Assembly (NCBI RefSeq): GCF_006345805.1
Contig: NC_042998.1
Location: 108,066,001 to 108,130,000, forward strand
Direction: 5' to 3'
Length of the DNA stretch: 64,000 nt
Source of the DNA: Octopus sinensis
Taxonomy: Eukaryota
The notes below the pieces were generated by a model. The model did not search any database. It was not told the origin of the DNA and saw nothing but the letters and a program-made list of their open reading frames with translations. A program made the translations under genes and the position numbers. Of this stretch, positions 25,798-38,769 are shown in pieces; within the stretch, counting starts at the first letter, position 1; the number at the start of each line of letters is the position of its first letter.

Positions 25798-27981
25798 GTG
25801 TGTGTGTGTGTATGAATGTATATATATATTAATAAATGTTAACTTTTGCCCATGTATCCACATCTTTCTAGTTTATATATAAAACAAAAAAAAAACTCAA
25901 GAGCAAACAAAAAGAAACCTCTAAAAAACAATGAATTCATATATGCATATATCTATATTAATAAATGTGAATTTCTGTGCTTGTGTCCATGTAGATTTCT
26001 GGCTTATAGACATTCTCTCAGGGGAAGGGGTGGGGTGGTGCTACCTCTACAAATTGTAAATCAAGGTAGCCCTATGAGTGTTTGCTACTTTAGCCCACCA
26101 GCCAGTGGTACAGTTTTGGCCCACCCTGTAACACTTAGTTTTATGATCAGCAAAATTTGAACCAAGAAGCATAATAAAAATATAACTAGATATTGATATT
26201 GGTTGGAGAATTACATTTAATGTATTTGTTTTTCAAGTTTCTTGATATGAAATTGTGTGTTGAAACAGATATTGTTATATTTAGGGATGGACATAGCTTG
26301 TCACACATCCTGCGATCTCTTCAACAACTCTTTATTCCATGTGTCTTCTCTTGTTCTATTTATTTAATTTTGTCTTTCAGAATGACAAAGTGGAATAAGC
26401 AGAACAAGAGAAGACACATGGGATAAAGAGTCATTGAAGCAGTCAGAGGATGTGTAAGAAAAGAGCTTTGACAAAGAAACTAAAATCATAATAAAATAAA
26501 GCTGAACTGAAGACCATATATATATAGTATGTGTGTTTAATTGGCAAAATATGACCATCCCCAAGTATAACAATAATTATATTTAACCTATTCAGAAATT
26601 GAATGACAGGCAGTGGGAATAATATTTTTAGAACTCCTTTAACCTTTACATATGTTTTGATATAAAAAAAAACACTCTTCTGGTTAGTTTAGGATGACAC
26701 CTCTGTGTAATCATCTTGTTGTTGATCAAATCCCTTCCCTTCAGATGAAATCCATGGAATATGAAGTGATAATCAGTTTCCTCCAACTGAATCAATTTTT
26801 CATGATGAAAATTTTTTTTTATATGATGAGTCAAATTATTTTTCTTTCAAGCAGTTTTTAGAATTTAAATTAGAATTTGTGAATGGCAAAAATTATATTT
26901 AAGCTGAAACATTAGAAAAATGGTACTTATCAATATCAAGATAGAAAGGGGGCAAAATCAAATTGAATATGAAGAGAATCAATATACTGAGAGAAAAAAA
27001 TCAAAACCTAAGATAACAAAACCTTTAGATTCCAGTAAAGAGATAAGGAAAGTACCTGTGAAGTTTTAGACATAACAAATCACTCAAAATCAGTAATACT
27101 AAGGCTCCACTATTGTTCCTGTAGTTGGAGAATGAAGGGAGATGATGTAGAGTTGATAGGATCTTTTAGTCTTCTTGAAGACATTCAACCTCTCTAGAGC
27201 TGGTGCTATAATAAAGAACACCCAATACACTGAAGTGGCTGATGATAACTCCCTATTAAAACTGATTTGGACTAAAACAATCAGTTCATCTAAACCAGCA
27301 TAGAAAAAGTACATAATATAATGATGCTGATGGTAATATCTATTCTGTTGCCAAAAAAAAAAAAAGAAGCAGATTAAAATGTTCTAATATATCACCTTCC
27401 TTCTTTATTGATATATATGTCTGTGTTTCTTTATTGATATATATGTTTGTGAGTAAGATGACATCATGATTTATTTACATTTCATGCATGACACAAAATT
27501 ACTTTTCTGTATTGATATCATTTTTCAATTTTCAAGCTTTCAGTTACCAGAACTGAAGTGAAACCTACATTAGGTAAAAGGAAGCTTAACACCACAATGT
27601 ACAATTTTCACTAACATTGGAAACTTTGAATTTTAGTGAGATAATGATTATATTTGTTTTCCATGACACCACGAATTAGATGAATATAATATAATAAATG
27701 CATACATGTGTTTTTGTGTGTGTTTGTGTGTGTGTGCACAACAGTGAATAAGTGAAAATCTGAGATAAATTTAAAGTTGTTTGGCCTTTTATGAAACTTT
27801 CAACAGATAAAATTATATCTTGTTATTCTTGTTGTGCATTGAAAAATAAAGGGAACTGTGCTGACATGTTTCATGTTTGTTGGCCACTCAAAGAACTTGT
27901 ATCCCCTAATTCCACAGCCCATGGAAGGAACATATACCAAAGAGCTATTTAAATCAAACACAAACAAGAAATAAGGTGTAA

Positions 27982-30900
27982 CATCATCATCATTTAACAT
28001 CCGTTTTCCATGCTAGCATGGGTTGGACTGTTTGACCGGGGTCTGGTAAGCCATGGAGGCTGCACCAGGCTCCAGTCTGATTTGGCAGTGTTTCTACAGC
28101 TGGATGCCCTTCCTAACGCTAACCACTCCGTGAATGTAGTGGGTATTTTTTATGTGTCACCGCAGGCTGGCAAACGGCCACAATCGGTTGGTGCTTTTAT
28201 GTGTCACCGACACGGACGCCAGTCAGGTGACGCTAGTAACTGCTACGCTCAAACGGTGCTTTTACGTGTTACCAGCACTGGTGTCTTAACTACAATTACC
28301 ATTCGAATTTTTGATGTTGACGAACTTGACTCAACAGGTCTCCTCAAGAACAGCAGGTCACTCTACGATCCAAGGTTAGCACAGCAGGCTGTTCTGCGAG
28401 CATGAACTCACTTCATTTGTCGGGTTTTCGAATCCTCAAGAACAGCGAGTCACTCTATGATCCAAGGTTAGCACAGAAGGCCGTCTGCTAGCTTCATTTC
28501 TTTCAAGCCTACGCATGTCCTCCGCAGTCACAGCTCACGTTTCACTGCCTTGAAGCATGGCAGTTCGCACACATGCATCGCACAACCTACCTTTCACTCT
28601 TAGTGAGAGACCCTTTGTCGCCAGTAGGGGGAGAAGCTTCCAAAACTTTGCCCAAGCTATTCTTATTCTAGTGGTAACGCTCTCTGAGCATCCACCCCTG
28701 CTACTAACTTGGTCACCTAGGTAGCAGAAACTATCAACTACTTCTAGTTCCTCCTCAAGGAGTGTAATGGAATCTGTTTTCTGAGTATCAATTGCCCCTG
28801 TGCATCTGCCGCACACGAAAGCTATCTTCTCGGTTAATTTCCCTTTGATATTGCTGCACCTCTTATGTGTCCATAGCTTGCACTGGGTACATCTTATGGA
28901 GTTTTAACACCTTTTCCACAGATCGAGCAGGGCCACCTACCTGAAGAGGTGTGTGGTGAGTTTGCCTTCCTACTTACAAGAACTTTGGTCTTTGCTACAT
29001 TGACTCTAAGGCTTTTTGATTCTAAACCTAGCTTCCACACATGAAATTTCTTTAGCTCTGGTAGCGATTCTGCTACAAGGGCTAGGTCATCGGCATAGAG
29101 GAGCTCCCAGGGACAACCCATCTTAAATTCCTCTGTTATTGCCTGGAGGACTATGATGAATAGAAGGAGGCTGAGCCTTAGTAGACGCCAACTTCTACCC
29201 TGAATTCTTCACTGTACTCATTGCCAATTCTAACCTTACTACTAGCCTCTCTGTAGAGAGCTTGTACAGCCCTTATTAACCATTCGTCAATCTCCAGTTT
29301 CCCCATCGCCCACCAGATAAGGGATCATGGGACCCTATCAAAGGCTTTCTCCAAGTCCACAAAAGCTAAGTATTTCTCCTGCAGTTGTCGAACCATGAAT
29401 ATGGCATCAGTGGTGCTTCTGCCAGGCACAAAACGAAACTGCATCTCATCTAGGCTAACTCTCTCCCTAATGAGATGGGTTATGACCCTCTCTGTGACCT
29501 TCATCACCTGATCCAACAGTTTAATACCCCTGTAGTTATTTCTATCTAGAGCATCACCTTTACCCTTGTAGCAGTTGACTATGGTGCTGCTACGCCAATC
29601 ATTGGGAATGACTCCATCTTGAACTACTTGGTTTACAATGTGGGTGACTAGGCTGTAGCCCACATCACCAGATGTTTTAAGCATCTCAGCAGTGATTCCT
29701 GATGGGCTGGGGGCTTTTCCTGGCTTCATTCCCTTAATTACCTTAACTACTAGGGAGCTGTCTATTCGGATAGCTGGTCCCTCTACTAGGTCAACATTTG
29801 GCAGGCTATCCTCCTCCCATTCATTCTCCACATTCAGCAGTCTCTCATAGTGGCTTCTCCAAGCCTCTTTCTTTTCAAAATCACAAAAAGCAAGTGCCCC
29901 ATCATCCATTCGAATGCATTTCTCCCCTGTGACATCACAATTTTCTCTCACACACTGTCTTGCAATCCGAAATACCTCAGCTCTTTGTTCCTCACGTCTC
30001 TGGACATTGGCAAACTTCTTTTCTGCTACACTCTTGGCTATGTATACCTGCTGCCTAGCCTCCCTTCTGGCTACCTGATACCGTTCCCTGCTACCCCCAT
30101 CCTTTCATGCTTTCCAGGCCTGTTTCTTTGCCCTGATGGCCTTGTCTACTGTACTATTCCACCACCACGTAACTCTAGGTCTGGAAGGGACTTTGCACCA
30201 GCCACAGACCTGGTCTGTGGCGCTCAGTAAGCTGTCCCATAGGAATTTCCAGCTACCTTCAATGTCCGACATCTGTAGCTCCTCCTCCCTCTCCTCAAAT
30301 TTCTTGATGAGGATGTCCCTAAATCTCTGACCATGTGAAGGGTTCTTTAGCTTCCAAATCCTTCTTTTTTGGATTGGTTTGCTTCTTGGTATCCTTCTGA
30401 CCTCGAGCCTAAAGTCACTAATGACTAGCCTATGCTGGGGGGTACATTCTTCACCCAGGAGGGTCTTTGCATTTAAGAGCAACCCTGCGTCCCGCTGTCT
30501 GGTGAGGATGAAATCAATCTGGCTAGAAGAGTCTCCTGATTGATAGGTTACCAGGTGGCTGTCTGGCTTCCTGAAGTTAGTGTTGCAGATTAGAAGGTTA
30601 CATGCATCACAGAATTCCAGTAGCCTAGTTCCCTCATCGTTTCGAGTGCCAATACCACGGCCACCGTGTACCCCAGTGTAGATACCTGCTTCCCGCCCGA
30701 CATGCCCATTAAAGTCTCCAGCCACAAAGATGTGGTCATTGCCACTCGTCTTTGAGGTAGCCTGTAGAAGGGTGTCATAAAAGTGGTCCTTCTGATCATT
30801 TGGCAGCCCTGCATGTGGGGCGTAGGTGGAGATGATAGTAACTGTGCTATTCAGCATTACTAGCCTAAGCTTAAGTACTCTATTGCATACCCTAACAACC

Positions 30901-31508
30901 TCTATAACCTTATCCACCCATTTCTCTGAGAGGAGAATGCCTACACCCCCTATACCATCCATGTTACCTTGCCAGAAGAATTTGTACCTATGTGCCTTGC
31001 CTGTGAGGACCCTAGCTGAAGCTCCTCTCCATCTTACCTCTTGTACACAGCATACATCAACCCGTCTCCTTTCAAGCATCTCCACAATCTCACTAGCCTT
31101 ACCTTTCATTGTGCCAACATTAACAGTGCCACCTCTGAAAACTGGGAAGGAAATGTGGGGTGAGGTTTGGGGCAGAGGGATGTTATTCAGCACCTGAAAA
31201 GAGGGTTGTTGTGGTGGTGTTGGTTTGTTTGGCATGCTTAATCCTTTCTCTTTTTCTTTCCACCTCTCTTCCAACCTGACAACATTCAAGCATGTTAAGG
31301 ACGTTGCCCCTACCGGCGGTAGGAGCTGGTGTTAGTAGCATAAGTATTAGTGTCATGAGCGATGCAGATACATGCAGGGTAGCAGAATGGCAAATGGATA
31401 CTCCAATGTTAGGTTACGAGGGTGTCGGCTGAAAATGTTGCCTTGCGTGGGTAGAGGGGGATTGCAGGGATAAAGGAGGGTACCACCAACGAGGAAGATT
31501 CAGATGAA
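27982..31508 (-). mobile_element. Near-complete RTE-clade LINE (APE endonuclease + RT) with an internal 3' deletion and (GAT)n tail
   Basis: The EN ORF 30105-31289 (NVGTM, CVQEVRW, STYAP, GDFNGHVG, IDFILTR) continues in frame through one TGA into RT 29325-29951 (YRGIKLL, DLEKAFDRVP). LLYADDLAL lies near 29090 and FCYLGD near 28720. The 3' UTR and tail occupy 27982-28480. Confidence 0.95.
30105..31289 (-). pseudogene. RTE apurinic-endonuclease domain (disrupted ORF)
   Basis: 394-aa ORF with canonical APE motifs, ending at a premature TGA in place of an expected W. Confidence 0.9.
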
Positions 31509-31796
31509 AAAAAAAGGTCATTCCTATATATACACAAGCACACCCACACTCAGAAATAGGTACACATGGCAGCCAATAGCTTTCTGCCCCACTTCACTAC
31601 ATAAGGCCAGGGGAGGAAGATAAGGAGAGGGAAGAGATAAAGGAAGAGAAGGGGAGAGGAATAGAGGGAGAATAGAGTGCAGGAGTATAGGGAGCAGCAC
31701 CATTGAAGGAGGAATTCCGAAAGAGATAACTTTGGAGGTGGTAACAAATTAAGAGAGCCCATGAAGCATGTGTGAGAATAGACAACTGTTATAGTG

Positions 31797-31878
31797 GTGG
31801 GAGAAGGGATATCCGGTACAGGTGGAGAAGGGATATCCGGTACTGGTGGAGAAGGGATATCCGGTACTGGTGGAGAGG
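31797..31878 (+). repeat. 24-bp tandem repeat (GGTGGAGAAGGGATATCCGGTACT), about 3.3 copies
   Basis: Directly visible; translates as GEGISGTG repeats. No spacers. Confidence 0.9.
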
Positions 31879-32291
31879 GTGGGCAAGGGCGCGTGCACTG
31901 TGAACAGGGGTGGGGGACAAGGACGGGCATGCCGCGAACAGTGGGGGGGGGTCAAGGGCGGGCGCGCTGCGAACAAGCAAGTTTGCTTTGGGACGATATT
32001 CTAATAGAAGTGGAATTAAACAGTGCGGGAACGAGTAATTTACTTAACGAAATTCTAGAAATTAATTTTATCTGGTGGGGGGCATTGCCGATAATTAGCA
32101 CTTGGTAGAAAAAAGAAACATACAAGCTGATTAGTAATTAAACATTTAAGGTATTAATGGTGAAATGAAACCAAGAATGGGAAAATGAGATAGAAGAAAG
32201 AAATAGTCTTAGCTCAGCGTCTCGGACATCGTTCGGCTATGCTAATTTGCAATTAATGCTCTTATTGGTGATAAGATTAAATAATTAGTAA

Positions 32292-33260
32292 ATATTTCTG
32301 CTGGCAACTAAGGGCCTCTCACTTAGGATTAAAGGTAAACTGTACGATGCATGTGCGTGAACATGGGCCATGACTGCTGAAGACATGCGCAGGCTTGCAA
32401 GAAATGAAGTTAGTATGATCTGCTGGATGTGTAATGTCAGTGTGCATACGTAGCAGAGTGTGAGCACCCTGAGATAAAAGTTGGACATAAGAAGCATCAA
32501 ATGTGGTGAGCAAGAGAGACGACTGCACTGGTATGGTCATGTGTTACACATGGATGAGAACAGCTGTGTGATGAAGTGCCACACCATAACTGTGGAAGGA
32601 ACCTGTGGAAGAGGTAGACCCAGGAAGACATGAGATGAAGTGGTGAAGCATGACCTTTGAACATTGAGTCTCACAGAGGCAATAACAAGGGACTGAGACC
32701 TTTGGAGATATGATCGCAGCCATGGCTGATGCTAGTGTTGCAAGTCCGGCTCATTTAAGAGAACCCTTGATTCATTGGGCGATATGATATGCTTGAGAAG
32801 ACCTGTTGAGTCAAGTAAAACCAAATTCGTAGTTGTGGCCAGTGCCCCCTGACTGGTTTCTGGTGGCACTTAAAATGCATCATCTGAACATGGCCGATGC
32901 CAGTACCGCCCTGACTGACTCCTGTGCTGGTAGCATGCAAATAGTATTATCTGAATGTGATCGATGCCAGAGCCACCTGACTTGCTCTCGTGCCAGTGGC
33001 ACGTAAAAGGCACCATCTGAACGTGGCTATGCCAGTACCCACTGATTGGCTCCTGTGCCAGTGGCACATAAAAAGCACCCACTACACTCTCAGAGTGGTT
33101 GGTGTTAGGAAAGGCATCCAGCTGTAGAAACATTGTCAGATCAGATTGGAGCCTGGTGCAGCCGCTGGCTCTCCAGACCTCAGTCAAACTGCCCAAACCC
33201 ATACCAGCATGGAAAATGGACGTTAAACGATGATTTTGATGATGATGATGATGATGATGA
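32292..33260 (+). mobile_element. 5'-truncated RTE (ORF C-terminus + 3' UTR + (GAT)n tail); another 3' UTR copy at ~33655-34007
   Basis: LLATKGLSLRIKGKLYDAC, RLHWYGHV and GRGRPRKT motifs, then the shared 3' UTR ending ttaaacgatgat... Confidence 0.88.
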
Positions 33261-34255
33261 ACAGTTAGTATTAGAAAACCAAAGAAGAATTTAAAGTAGT
33301 TAAAAATAGAGTTGTTTAGCCTTTCATAGTGGGCAGAAGAAGGATGCTTTGTATTTCCTTTATTTTACTGTGTACAAAGAGAATAACAAAATATATTCAC
33401 ATTTGTTTAAATTTCCACAACACACACACACTGATTTTTTAAATATTTATTTGAGTGCACATAGCATGGAAGTGCACTTCCTTAAGGATTTCTTGAGTCA
33501 GTCCTGCTTCATTTTTACTGGGCTTCAATGTACTGAAGCTTTCTAATTACAGATAATGGATTTTGAACTTAGGATGCACAGAGCTGAAAAACATGTTACA
33601 AGGCATCTTATTTGATGCTATATCATTCTACTAATCCACCACCCAGGACTGGTACTTGGCAGAGCAGCTAACTGGCTTCTGTGCTGGTGGCACGTAAAAG
33701 GCACCATTTGAGTGTGATCGTTACCAGTGTTGCCTTACTGGCACTTGTGCCGGTGGCATGTGAAAAAACATTCGAGCGAGGTCATTGCCAGTACCGCCTG
33801 ACTGGCCCTCATACCGATGGCACATAAAAGCAATCACTACACTCTCAGAGTGGTTGGCGTTAGGAAGGGCATCCAGCTGTAGAAACTCTGCCAGATCAAG
33901 ATTGGAGCCTGGTGCAGCCATCTGGTTTGCCAGTCCTCAGTCAAATTGTCCAACCCATGCTAGCATGGAAAACGGACGTTAAACAACAATGATGATGATA
34001 ATGATGTGTCTAACATGCCAATTGGATGCCATATGCACACACATATTAACATACATATAGAAATATATTTATATATATACACAAACATACACACTCACAA
34101 ATATATAGGTACATAATTAAGAACAGAAAGAAAGAATGGAGAGAGAAAAAAGGAAATCAATAATTCTCCAAGAAATAAAGGCAGTAAACAAAGATAGAAT
34201 TATTCAGATAGAGAAAGATCGACAGAAGTAGGGAAGTAATTCATAAAATGCTTAC

Positions 34256-34335
34256 TTCATAGTTCATTTTTGTTGTCAATTCTAGCTTTTCTGTGACAAG
34301 GTTATTCCATTTCCTCCGGCTCTGTAAAGCATTCT
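34256..34335 (-). CDS. CCDC171: CCDC171-like exon, phase 1 to 0: (E)NALQSRRKWNNLVTEKLELTTKMNYE
   Basis: Acceptor ccaaacccag| preceded by a long pyrimidine tract; donor |GTAAGC; 80 nt. EKLELTTKMNYE matches the human CCDC171 segment as I recall it (EKLEITTKHNAE). Not verified by a search. Confidence 0.85.
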
Positions 34336-35212
34336 CTGGGTTTGGTAAGAAGAAAATGGCAAAGAAAATAAAATGAAAAATTAAATGAGAATAGAGAGAG
34401 AAAGTGGAGAGAGGGAAGGGGAATAAATATACATTTATTACCATTGTTTTAACATTTACTTTTCTATGCTGGCATGGGTTAGATGAGTGTATGGCTGGAG
34501 CAGAATTACCTATAGCTGGATACCCTCCTCAATATTATATATCACTGTTATGAAATATGAGGATTGTACCTCAAAGCCAAACCCAACCTATTTCTAACCA
34601 AGGTAATAATCTCTCAGTCAATTCAACAACAATACAGCCCAGTCATGGTTATGTGGAGAACTAGAAACACGTTAGCATTTTGTTTACAAAGACTGCTTGT
34701 GGAGACATATCAAGAAGCTTGGTATGCTTTCTGCTTGAGCAGCAAAGTCATTATTTACAACCACCAAACACACATACACATACATATTTATGTAGATATT
34801 TATATATGTTTTATCAATCTTCTCCTTCTGGTGCAGGAAGCCACTTTATAGTAATCTCTATATGCATCCATCATTGTATATATGTACAGATACAAATATA
34901 TAAAGTCATAAATGACAGAGGAGTATTTTGATGGAATTTTATTTAACAATAAGAAAATATAATAATATAAATTATTTACATGCTTTTAAGTTACGAAACA
35001 TTTTGTTGAGATATTAGAATTTTCTTATTGTTAAATAAAATTTCATCAAACTATATCTCTGTCATTTACGACTTTATATACTCATCATTTTCTCTTGTAT
35101 TATACTATATATTCTATATGTTTTGTAGAAAGATATACTAAAGCGCTTTTTAAATGAGTTCTACTGGATTACTTGAATCCATATACTGAAACTTAAATTT
35201 ATATATATGTAT

Positions 35213-35247
<35 letters not shown>

Positions 35248-35297
35248 CACACACATATATATATATATATATACACACACACATATATATACATATA

Positions 35298-35575
35298 TCT
35301 CCTGCTCCTTTTGCCCTTCTCTATACATAGGGCAACCAGGACACCGCTTGGCTGACCAGTTTGCCGAACACCTCCAAAACATCCGACTCGGCAATGACAC
35401 CTTGGTCTCGTGCCATTTCCACTCTACCGGTCACTCTTTGCAACACTTGTCTGTGTTTGGATTGTTCTTGCACAGGGGCCATCCGGACTACGATCTTCGC
35501 TGTGAACAGGGATTAATCTTCTCTCTTTGCTCCTTTGTGCCACATGGGCTCAACTCTCCTCCCCTCTTTATATAA
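35298..35575 (+). mobile_element. Penelope-like element GIY-YIG endonuclease C-terminal fragment
   Basis: CSFCPSLYIGQPGHRLADQFAEHLQNIR...HF...EQGLIFSLCSFVPHGLN fits the PLE GIY-YIG pattern (YIG, RxxEH, E...GLN). Confidence 0.85.
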
Positions 35576-35811
35576 CCCTCCACCCCACTTCTCTCTTCCT
35601 CTCACACCTATTTGTTCCCACCCACCTCTCCTCTCTTGCTCCGACTCCTACTTCTCTTCACCCCTACCCACCTTCTCCCTTCATCGTCACCCCTCCCTTG
35701 TAACCCTGCTTCTACACAATCCAACCCCACCTTCACTATCTGTCCCATCCCACCTCACCCCTTACACCCACTCCCACATAACCCCACCTCTACCCCCACC
35801 CTCAGCATAAC

Positions 35812-36422
35812 CCATTATGGAGAAGCCATTATGAAAGACTGCTGAATGTGGAGAATGAACAGGAGTAGGAGTTGAGCCAGTAGAGGGACCAGCTATCTGA
35901 ATAGACAGCACTCTGGTAGATAAAGCAATTAAGGGTATGAAGTCAGGCCCATCAGGAATTGCTGCTGAGATGCTTAAAATATCTGGTGGTGTGAGTTATG
36001 GCTTAGTCACCTGTATTGTAAACCAGGTAGTTCATCAAGGAGTCATACCTAATGACTGGCATAGCAGCACCATAGTTAACTGCTACAAGGGGAAAGGTGA
36101 TGCTTTAGATAGAGATAACTACAGGGGTATCAAAGTGCTGGATCAGGTGGTGAAGGTCACAGAAAGGGTCATAGCCCAACTGATTAGGGAGAGAGTCTAC
36201 TTAGACGAGATGCAATTCTGTTTTGTGCCAGGTAGAAGCACCACTGATGCTATATTCCTGGTATAGTAACTGCAGGAGAAATACCTAGCCAAAGATAAAC
36301 TCCTATACTTAGATTTTGTGGACTTGGAGAAAGCTTTTGGTAGGGTCTCCCGATCACTTACCTGGTGGGGGATGCAGAAACTAAGGATTGACGAATGGTT
36401 AATAAGGGCTGTACAGAGATGC
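35812..36422 (+). mobile_element. RTE RT fragment
   Basis: GIAAEMLKISGG...IVNCYKGKGDALDRDNYRGIKVLDQ...STTDAIFLV...DLEKAF, homologous to 29325-29951. Confidence 0.9.
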
Positions 36423-37639
36423 CGTTTGATGAATTGTCTATAAGGTTAAGCGCTTTATAGATATAAAACCATTAGTTATTTTATGACCAGCCATATAATA
36501 AATTTCCTATAAATAACATTGCTGCTCTAATGTTTAGAGTGTGCTTCTTTTTTGGCCATATGAGATCCACTGATGATATTTACACATATATATTTATATG
36601 CACACGTCCAAAATCATATGGTTGGGAACCAAGCTTTTTACCACACAGCCATACCAGCACCTAAAAAGAAACTGTACTCCATGATGGTTTTTTTCAGTCT
36701 GGAGGAAAGAGCTGTGCACATGGACTTCATCGATCCTTCAAGACGCTTAATGTTCCACTAGAACTACAGCAAGTTGACAGCTGCAGAAAAATCATGTTAA
36801 CAGGTGAGCATTTCAGACATTGACATTCTGGTGAGGCAGGACTGGGTGTAGTGGTTAGCGTTGGCCAGAGGAGAAGTAGTAGACACGTTATAAATGATGA
36901 AATGTGGGAGGAGTAAGTGAGGAGTACTTAAGTTCAGGTGGCTCAAGATCAGCTAGCTCCAAGGAGCATAAGCCATTGTAGTAACAGTAGTAGAAAAGGT
37001 AAAGAGAAGAGACACAATCTTTATGGACCAGAGAATGGAATGTGTTGTTGAACCACTTCATACCAATCAGTTCAGTGGTTTATTTTTGTGATATAGTCTA
37101 TGTACAACAACAGCTGCAGTTCAGACACCAATCTGAACAATGTAAACAGTTTCCATAATAGAAAGGAATAGTTTTGGAGAAGATTTACTTAGTGTTTGCA
37201 GTGTGAAGTTCGATACAGAGGCTTACTACATGAATGTATAGTTTACAGGATCTCGATGGCTGAGAAATGGAGAGAAAAAGAGAATTCTGCAAATCCTCAA
37301 AGTCTGTAGATATCCTTTTGGCAAGGAATCAAAAGGATTGGCTGCAGTTCAGATGACATTCACTTAGTGCAGCTGTGGTGCTGAATAACATCCACCAAGT
37401 TTGGGAGTTGAGTAATTTTCTCCAAGTATTGTGGATATATTCTTAGCCTGAACTTCTACAGCACAGAAACCAATCACCCACTTTGGGATATTTTGGTTCT
37501 GTGTAGGATGTGGAAGAACCTGCCTTAGAGGATGGTTTCAGTCACCCACTAACTGTTATTGTTATAAAGGAGGAGCACAGGTTTTGCCAGGGACAGTTAG
37601 CATAGAATTGATGGAGTACTGTAATGGTCGGATCCTTTG

Positions 37640-37830
37640 AAGACAGATAGACAGGTGCACACACACACAGAAAGACAGACAAACAGATAGACACAGACAG
37701 ACAGACAGACACACACACAGACAAGCATACAAGAAGACATATAGAGAAGCAAACAAAGACAGACAGACAGACAGACACACAGAAATTATCAAACAAACAA
37801 ATACAGACAGACAGACAGAAATGCAGACAT
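37640..37830. repeat. Degenerate (CAGA)n/(CA)n microsatellite
   Basis: Directly visible. Confidence 0.85.
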
Positions 37831-38769
37831 ACACAAATAAACACAGAGAGTGCCAATCAGATACACTGAGACATACAATCAAATTCACATACAGACACAC
37901 AGTTAAACATACGAACACACAAAGAAATATACAGGCATGCCAACACATACACACACAGAGTCAGATACTGATACACTCACAGATAGATAACCTCAACATA
38001 GAATTGATGGTATTTTTGGGTATGATGGGTAATTACTGAAACTACTACTACCACTACTACTATTACTAAATTTAGTTGGAAGGAACTAAATAAAAATACT
38101 GATTGCACATAGAACATAAACAATTAAACAGTCAAGTTTATTATGTGGCTTTGAGAAGTTTGATTAATAAATAACTGTAATCAAGTTTTTTTTCTGATTT
38201 TTTGATTGATAACATAATTGAGATGGCAGATACCAGATTTCATATGAAAGAATCTAGAATAATCATAGCAAAATGACATTGCATGAAGTAATTGTAGAGA
38301 AAAACAAAATTGAACATGTGAATTGCAAAAACAGAGTGGGGGAAAGGGTTGTGGTGGAATATTGAAGAAGCAGATCCTTCGATAGTCAAGAGAGTGTTTT
38401 TGCAACACAACACAGCAATATTCAATGTAAATGGGTCAACAATGCAAGATGCCAGACCTAAATGTCAAATAACTGTTGAAAATACCTGGTTGCAGAAAAA
38501 TAAAGATGCAAATAACAGTGATGATGATGGTGGTGGTGATGATGATGATGATTCAATCATGATTTTCTTTATTAACTATTTTTCTGACATTTATTTAATG
38601 TTTATTCACGTCTTCTAATAATAATGATTAACCTGCCCTTTTCTATTCCTCTTATAATGATAGTAATTTTGTTTGACACCTCTTCCTTGCAATTCCAAGT
38701 TTACTCATCCATTTGTATTCATTTTCTGATATCTCTAAACATTCAGGAATCTGTCTTTCTTTTTCTTTC

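Noticed and set aside
31797-31878. 24-bp repeats (and the 38.8-kb array) as CRISPR-like
   Set aside because: They are contiguous tandem units with no unique spacers, in a eukaryotic context.
28487-33260. Head-to-head RTE pieces as one twin-primed insertion
   Set aside because: The overlapping segments differ substantially, the minus copy has its own 3' tail and no TSD was seen.
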